A stretch of 20,000 nt of DNA from an uncultured virus (IMG/VR IMGVR_UViG_3300025390_000006) (Duplodnaviria; Heunggongvirae; Uroviricota; Caudoviricetes), in the IMG/VR virus record IMGVR_UViG_3300025390_000006. One strand, given 5' to 3'. How positions within the stretch are numbered: the stretch's first letter is position 1; every line of letters begins with the position of its first letter. Under the pieces are notes generated by a model. It did not search any database and was not told the DNA's origin. It saw nothing but the letters and a program-made list of their open reading frames with translations. Position numbers and translations under genes: made by a program. Below, in pieces: positions 15,417 to 20,000 of the stretch.

Positions 15417-15669
15417 GGCGGCGCAAAAGACAATTTGCCCAAAGTGCAGCAGTAAACGGGTTCACGCATACGATCATTGCCTATCGGTAAGGATTGACGC
15501 TACGGGTATAGGGTGGCGGTGCTTTCATTGCGGGTGGACAGGCGGGGAAATGACGGATGCTTTCAGAACTTCATCAAAAATGGTTGGAAAAACGCGGGAT
15601 CAACATCAACACCGCGATCCATATGGGGACTTACTCAGGAAGGCGCGGGCCGGATGGGCAGGTCGTTAG
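15358..15669 (+). CDS. Stand-alone primase-type zinc-binding domain protein
   Basis: CPKCS..R......CLSV........WRCFHCGWTG, like the ZBD of gp4/Twinkle-type primases. Confidence 0.8.
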   Translation: MSNVRQIAQKHGIRIGSETKAAQKTICPKCSSKRVHAYDHCLSVRIDATGIGWRCFHCGWTGGEMTDAFRTSSKMVGKTRDQHQHRDPYGDLLRKARAGWAGR

Positions 15670-17047
15670 TCATCCTGAAGGGGATGTCTTGTGTTTTCCG
15701 TTCATCAAGGACGGGGAAATAGTCGGCCACAAATACAGGGGGCCGAAAAAGTCATTTTGGCAACAAGCAAACGGAAGGAAACAGTTTTACAATGCGGACA
15801 TTCTCACAGACCCTGCGCTACACGACGGAAGCGTTTCCCTTGTTATTACTGAGGGAGAGGTTGACGCACTGGCGGTGGCAACTGCCGGATACCCATATGT
15901 TGTCTCCGTCCCAGACGGTGCGCCGCCTCCCCGTGACGCGGATGGACGGCTCATTGTCGTTCCACGGACAACAGATGATATCGTACCAGATGCCGATACA
16001 AAATTCGGATACATCACCGCCGACTGGGAAAGCCTTACGAAGATCCGTCGGATCATCATAGCGGTTGATAACGACGATGCGGGGCGGCGGTTAGGGGATG
16101 AACTTGTCCGCCGCCTTGATCGGGTTCGGTGTTCGTTTGTAACGTTTCCCGAAACCTGCAAAGATTTTAATGAGGTTTTGGTAAATCACGGTTCTGATAC
16201 CGTGCGGGAAATTATAGGGGCGGCAAAACCTTATCCGGTTGATGGGGTTTACAAGCTATCGGACTTTCCGCCTGAGGAGCCGATTACAACCTACACAACG
16301 GGTTGGGGTTCATTGGATCAGTATATCCGCCCATATTTAGGGGCGTTTATGGTTGTGGGTGGGTTTCCGGGGCATGGTAAATCAACGTGGACGCTCCAGT
16401 TCGCCGCTAACATGGCAAGGTTGCACGGTTGGGGGGTTGCGGTTGCATCCTTTGAAATGAAGGTTGTCCCGTATGTCACTGACACCCTCATGTCCACGTT
16501 TCTGCAAGGTCCGATTAAGTTTGCGGCTCCGGTTAACCGTAAACGGGCGGTTGAGTTCGTTGAGGATCGGTTTACGTTTATCGCGCCGGAAAAAGGGGAT
16601 AGTGACACGGATCATGACATTGATTGGTTGATTGACCGGATGCAGGTTGCGGTTATCCGTGGCGGTTGCAAGATGGTTTTGATTGATCCGTTTAATGAGA
16701 TTGAGCAGAATAAAAAGCGGGATGAAACCACAACCGAATATATCGGGCGGGCGATTAGGAAGCTGAAGGCGTTCGCAATGCAATATAATGTGTTGGTCTG
16801 CGTTGTGGCTCATCCGACCAAGGGTTCCGCCCATTTGGATAGTGCCGATTTGGGGTTATACAATATCGCGGACAGCTCACACTTCGCAAATAAGGCGGAT
16901 ATCGGGCTTATTATCGGTCGGGTTGGTGATCCGAAGGTTGATGTCATAACGGGGATTTACATTAAAAAAATCAGGTATCAACCAGACGCTGGCACGTTGG
17001 GTGAGGCTTTTTTAACCTTTGACAAAAGTACGCGGTTGTTTTCTTGA
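15557..17047 (+). CDS. Primase-helicase (TOPRIM + SF4/DnaB-like, Twinkle/T7 gp4-type) lacking the N-terminal Zn finger
   Basis: VITEGEVDAL, VSVPDGA, AVDNDDAG, KDFNE; Walker A GFPGHGKS; Walker B LIDP; VAHPTK. Confidence 0.92.
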   Translation: MLSELHQKWLEKRGININTAIHMGTYSGRRGPDGQVVSHPEGDVLCFPFIKDGEIVGHKYRGPKKSFWQQANGRKQFYNADILTDPALHDGSVSLVITEGEVDALAVATAGYPYVVSVPDGAPPPRDADGRLIVVPRTTDDIVPDADTKFGYITADWESLTKIRRIIIAVDNDDAGRRLGDELVRRLDRVRCSFVTFPETCKDFNEVLVNHGSDTVREIIGAAKPYPVDGVYKLSDFPPEEPITTYTTGWGSLDQYIRPYLGAFMVVGGFPGHGKSTWTLQFAANMARLHGWGVAVASFEMKVVPYVTDTLMSTFLQGPIKFAAPVNRKRAVEFVEDRFTFIAPEKGDSDTDHDIDWLIDRMQVAVIRGGCKMVLIDPFNEIEQNKKRDETTTEYIGRAIRKLKAFAMQYNVLVCVVAHPTKGSAHLDSADLGLYNIADSSHFANKADIGLIIGRVGDPKVDVITGIYIKKIRYQPDAGTLGEAFLTFDKSTRLFS

Positions 17048-17104
17048 AACCGTTATTGTATGGTTAAGACAAGGCTCCCGTTCGTCTCCGGCGGTTGTAG
17101 CTTG

Positions 17105-17147
17105 GGGCGGTTGGCTTTCATCCCCGTTGTGCCGACCGCCCTTTTTT
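17105..17147 (+). terminator. Intrinsic terminator after the primase-helicase (possibly the 3' end of an sRNA)
   Basis: GGGCGGTTGGC / GCCGACCGCCC stem, 15 nt loop, T6. Confidence 0.7.
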
Positions 17148-17167
17148 ATGTTTAACCTATTGCAAAA

Positions 17168-17199
17168 TAAAGAAAAACCGGATAGGTTAGTATCCGGTT
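17168..17199 (-). terminator. Intrinsic terminator for the leftward genes
   Basis: AACCGGATA / TATCCGGTT stem with T-rich tail on the minus strand. Confidence 0.7.
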
Positions 17200-17233
17200 C
17201 TTTGACATTGTGAAGTATGTTTCGGGGTGCGGG

Positions 17234-17464
17234 TTATAGGTTACCGCTCCGGTTCATAGGGTTGTAACCCGTTGGGTTAGGTTCGGGGTTCGGTTTAGGT
17301 TCAAGTTTAATTATTATTTCGGTTACGCGATCAATGATCGGGTTGTCGTAAGTGTCAAAGGTTGACAGGCGGTCAAATAACGCATGAACCGCCGTTTCAT
17401 CTGGCGCGTCAATTTCGTAGGTTTTAGTGCCTGAAAATTCAACGGTTACGGTAAATTGTGGCAT
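17234..17464 (-). CDS. Hypothetical protein
   Basis: MPQFTVTVEFSGTKTYEIDAPDE after GGGAGGGG SD. Confidence 0.7.
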   Translation of the reverse strand: MPQFTVTVEFSGTKTYEIDAPDETAVHALFDRLSTFDTYDNPIIDRVTEIIIKLEPKPNPEPNPTGYNPMNRSGNL

Positions 17465-17477
17465 GGTTTCCCCTCCC

Positions 17478-18221
17478 CTATGCGTTATGGGTTTCATAAT
17501 TGCGGATAACAAAACCGGATTGATCCCGTTTCGCTTTATGACCTTTGGGGGATAATCCAACAATAACACCCTTTGGATCAAGAAACCGTAAATCATGCTT
17601 ATCCCCGTCAATAACGGGATAACCTAAATACGTTTCCGGTAAACCGTGATCGAAAATGGCGGCAACATTGACCCCCCGTGCCAATAGCGCCCGCGCAATC
17701 GGTTCGTTTGTTTCTGATAGGCTGAAGGTTAAATGGTAATTAGGCGGCAATTTCCGGTTAAATCGGTTAGGGTTCTTTGTATAATCCAGAAATGGGATAG
17801 CAGGGAAAGCTTCCATAATATTGCGATAGGTTAAACCGTTAACCGTAACCGCAACCCCTTCGTAAGCGATATCCGTTGAACCGTTAGGGCGGATTGCGGG
17901 TTTTAAACCGTCTTTTTTAGCGTTATCGATTAGTTTTTGAACGTGATAGGCGAATTCTTGCATATATTCGGAACGGTATTTCATAAAGAAAACCATTTTG
18001 CGCTTGCGGCTATCCCGTACGGTTTCCGACATTGCAGCTTGTCCGGAATGTTCACCTAAGCATAACGCAATGCATCCGGCGCTTGCGTGTGAACAAAGGT
18101 TTCCGACACCGCCCGATTTATGAGGCGCACCGTAATTTATCCCGTTAAGATAACCGTATGAATTCGCCTTAACCGCTTTCGGACTATCCACCGAAAGAAA
18201 CCGTTTGAATTGAATTTTCAT
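17478..18221 (-). CDS. Gp88-like protein (Cys-triad, radical-SAM-like family)
   Basis: NLCSHASAGCIALCL, RPNGSTD, FLDYTK, NYHLTFS, DGDKHDLRFLD. Confidence 0.8.
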   Translation of the reverse strand: MKIQFKRFLSVDSPKAVKANSYGYLNGINYGAPHKSGGVGNLCSHASAGCIALCLGEHSGQAAMSETVRDSRKRKMVFFMKYRSEYMQEFAYHVQKLIDNAKKDGLKPAIRPNGSTDIAYEGVAVTVNGLTYRNIMEAFPAIPFLDYTKNPNRFNRKLPPNYHLTFSLSETNEPIARALLARGVNVAAIFDHGLPETYLGYPVIDGDKHDLRFLDPKGVIVGLSPKGHKAKRDQSGFVIRNYETHNA

Positions 18222-18264
18222 TTAAACCCCCGTTTAAATTGGATCAGGATTGATCCTACTGATA

Positions 18265-18439
18265 AGCATAATTGCGAATTAGTGAAAAGCAAGCGAAAAA
18301 TGTTATTGAAGTGAAAAAATTTTATCTTTTTCACTGATAAGCAAAAAAGCGATTTAATAGGCGGTTTATGCTTTATAATATATAGGCGAAAATTAATTTC
18401 AATTTACCGCTTGCAATCAACAAAAAATTGATTTACAAA
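18265..18439. promoter_or_regulatory. AT-rich divergent promoter region
   Basis: + strand TTGCAA(18411)-17-TACAAA(18434) overlapped by inverted repeat AATCAA-N7-TTGATT; - strand TTGCTT(18292)-16-TATGCT(18270). Confidence 0.55.
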
Positions 18440-18479
18440 AAATACGCGCAATAACGCGCTACATAAACGGGGGTTTATT

Positions 18480-19313
18480 ATGAACGATATGTCTTACAAC
18501 CAGAACCGATTTGCTACAGATACGGCTATTCGCTTGCCAAGCGCAACCTACGCGGAGTGTCCGCACAATAGCCGGACAGATAAATTCCGTCATATCCCGA
18601 CTTTTGAGATTGTGGACATTATGAAAAACGCGGGCTTCGTTCCAGTCCGCGCAAGCGCAAGAAACGTTCGCAATCCGGACAAGCAAGGTTTTCAAAAGCA
18701 CGTTATCCGCTTTCGTCGTGAACAAGACGCGGATTTACGTCTGGCAAGAGTAGGGGAAACGGTTTCGGAGATTGCATTGCTAAATGCTCATGACGGAACA
18801 AGCGGACTAAACCTTATACCCGCCTTAATGCGTTTAGCGTGTTTAAATGGTTTAGTGATACAGGATGAAACCCTTGGCAAAATCTCAATTCCGCACCGTG
18901 GCGCTAATATCGCGGATCGGATTATTGAAGGTTCATATTCTGTGATTGAGCGGGCGGATCAAGGTGCGATTGCAGCGATTGAGTGGTCAAAGGTTAACCT
19001 ATCCCCTGAAAAAGCGCTTGAATTTGCGGATCGGGCGCTTTCGATTAAATATGTTACCAAGGCGGGAGAAAATCGCGACGACATTTGTCCGATTGAACCG
19101 CTTCACTTGCTACGTCCGCGTCGATATGGCGACAATGGCGCTGATTTATGGAAGACGTTCAATCGCGTTCAAGAGAATTTAATCAAAGGCGGACAAGGCG
19201 GACGGATCGGCGATAAATTCCGCTCCAGCCGCGCCGTAAAGAGCGCTGAAAAAGATATCACGCTAAACGCTGCGCTATGGGGCTTGGCGAAAGAATATGC
19301 TTTAGCCGCTTAA
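18480..19313 (+). CDS. DUF932 (DUF945) family phage/plasmid protein
   Basis: F..IPT..IV, FQKHVIRFR, LLNAHDGT, RLACLNGLV, LWKTFNRVQENLIKGG, LN.ALW.LA. Confidence 0.88.
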   Translation: MNDMSYNQNRFATDTAIRLPSATYAECPHNSRTDKFRHIPTFEIVDIMKNAGFVPVRASARNVRNPDKQGFQKHVIRFRREQDADLRLARVGETVSEIALLNAHDGTSGLNLIPALMRLACLNGLVIQDETLGKISIPHRGANIADRIIEGSYSVIERADQGAIAAIEWSKVNLSPEKALEFADRALSIKYVTKAGENRDDICPIEPLHLLRPRRYGDNGADLWKTFNRVQENLIKGGQGGRIGDKFRSSRAVKSAEKDITLNAALWGLAKEYALAA

Positions 19314-19339
19314 AGCGGGGGATAAAATAAATTGAGATT

Positions 19340-19363
19340 AGGGGGGAATTTCCCCCCTTTTTT
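19340..19363 (+). terminator. Intrinsic terminator
   Basis: AGGGGGGA-att-TCCCCCCT followed by a T-run. Confidence 0.8.
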
Positions 19364-19364
19364 A

Positions 19365-19393
19365 TTGAATTGTTAATCAAATCAATTTATTCT
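19365..19393 (+). promoter_or_regulatory. Putative sigma70 promoter
   Basis: TTGAAT-17-TATTCT. Confidence 0.6.
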
Positions 19394-19439
19394 CTTTCTT
19401 GTCGGAATGATCCGACGATATCAGAAACGGGGGTTTCTT

Positions 19440-19712
19440 ATGAATAACGCAATTGAATTGCTACAGTCTGAATTGAGCGCCGTAATTGCTTTAAATGCAA
19501 AGCTTGAAGCTAAGATAGCCGCCTTGGTATGGAAGGCGGACGATTGCGGCGATATAGTCCGCGCCTATCGCTTTAAGTTTAACAATAAGCGGGGACTTGT
19601 TGAAGTGTATACAAATAAGACGCGGCTATTTTATGCGGGTAAAGAATATGCTCCGGAACAAGCGCCGTCTGACATGATAGCCGCTGCGATACAAGCTGAT
19701 CCGGAATTTTAG
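19440..19712 (+). CDS. Hypothetical protein
   Basis: MNNAIELLQ start after GGGGG SD; own promoter and terminator. Confidence 0.7.
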   Translation: MNNAIELLQSELSAVIALNAKLEAKIAALVWKADDCGDIVRAYRFKFNNKRGLVEVYTNKTRLFYAGKEYAPEQAPSDMIAAAIQADPEF

Positions 19713-19769
19713 GGTCCGCAATGGCTTAAGGCGGCCATATAGTAAGACAAGAATATAAGGGGATTTAGG

Positions 19770-19797
19770 GGGGAGATTGTATCTCCCCTTTTCTTTT
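19770..19797 (+). terminator. Intrinsic terminator
   Basis: GGGGAGAT-tgt-ATCTCCCC followed by TTTTCTTTT. Confidence 0.75.
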
Positions 19798-20000
19798 ATC
19801 TGATAGCAGGGGAATTGAGGCGCTGATAGCAATAGGCTGAAATATAAGGCAGAAAGCCCTTTTCTTCTTACAGGGGTAGGGGTCTGCCGTGATGATACAA
19901 AATGCTAATCACTGGCACGCTTCCGTGGTGTGCAATTTGTATAAGTAGTGAGCCGTCAAGGATCATTTATGCTAATCAGTGAAGTAAGCAATAATGCTAA

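Noticed and set aside
15544..15553. -1 slippery site GGGGAAA fusing the Zn finger to the primase
   Set aside because: A -1 shift enters the third frame (15513-15722), not the primase frame, which has a stop at 15551.
17060..17147. tRNA gene
   Set aside because: GC-rich and tRNA-sized, but lacks the TTCRA T-loop and a cloverleaf; better explained as a terminator or sRNA.
18393..18407. CtrA box (TTAA-N7-TTAC)
   Set aside because: One mismatch in a very AT-rich region; too likely by chance to claim.
187..19832. Other short alternative-frame or antisense ORFs in the track (e.g. 187-372, 2883-3125, 5292-5636, 8457-8756, 10054-10359, 15787-16161, 16382-16834, 18459-18725, 19626-19832)
   Set aside because: They overlap well-supported genes, lack SDs or recognisable motifs and do not fit the operon packing.

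Overview
20 kb of a tailed dsDNA phage genome, probably infecting an alphaproteobacterium (GcrA homologue, DUF736-like SSB). Layout: (i) 1-3837 (+) end of the virion genes and a holin/i-spanin/o-spanin/GH108 lysis cassette; (ii) 3889-9114 (-) recombination arm (HTH, HNH, SSB-like, NinB/DUF1367-like, ERF, YqaJ exonuclease) headed by gcrA; (iii) 9191-17047 (+) Cro-like, DUF1064, HTH replication initiator, DUF6378, HNH, many small genes and a split Zn-finger + TOPRIM/DnaB-type primase-helicase; (iv) 17234-19712 divergent, probably early region (Gp88-like, DUF932). The most striking structure is a tandem gene-cassette array at 13040-14685. Seven copies of a junction repeat fusing stop codon, SD and start codon (core GGAGGGTGAGTGATG), plus a second internal repeat, frame variable segments that look combinatorially shuffled. 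Also notable: two candidate sRNAs with their own promoters and anti-SD-like loops, three covarying hairpins presenting a GGGG SD, gcrA in the cI position with a GcrA-type TGATTCG site in a downstream promoter, and a possible ACG start codon. All family assignments come from motif recognition by eye; no searches were run.
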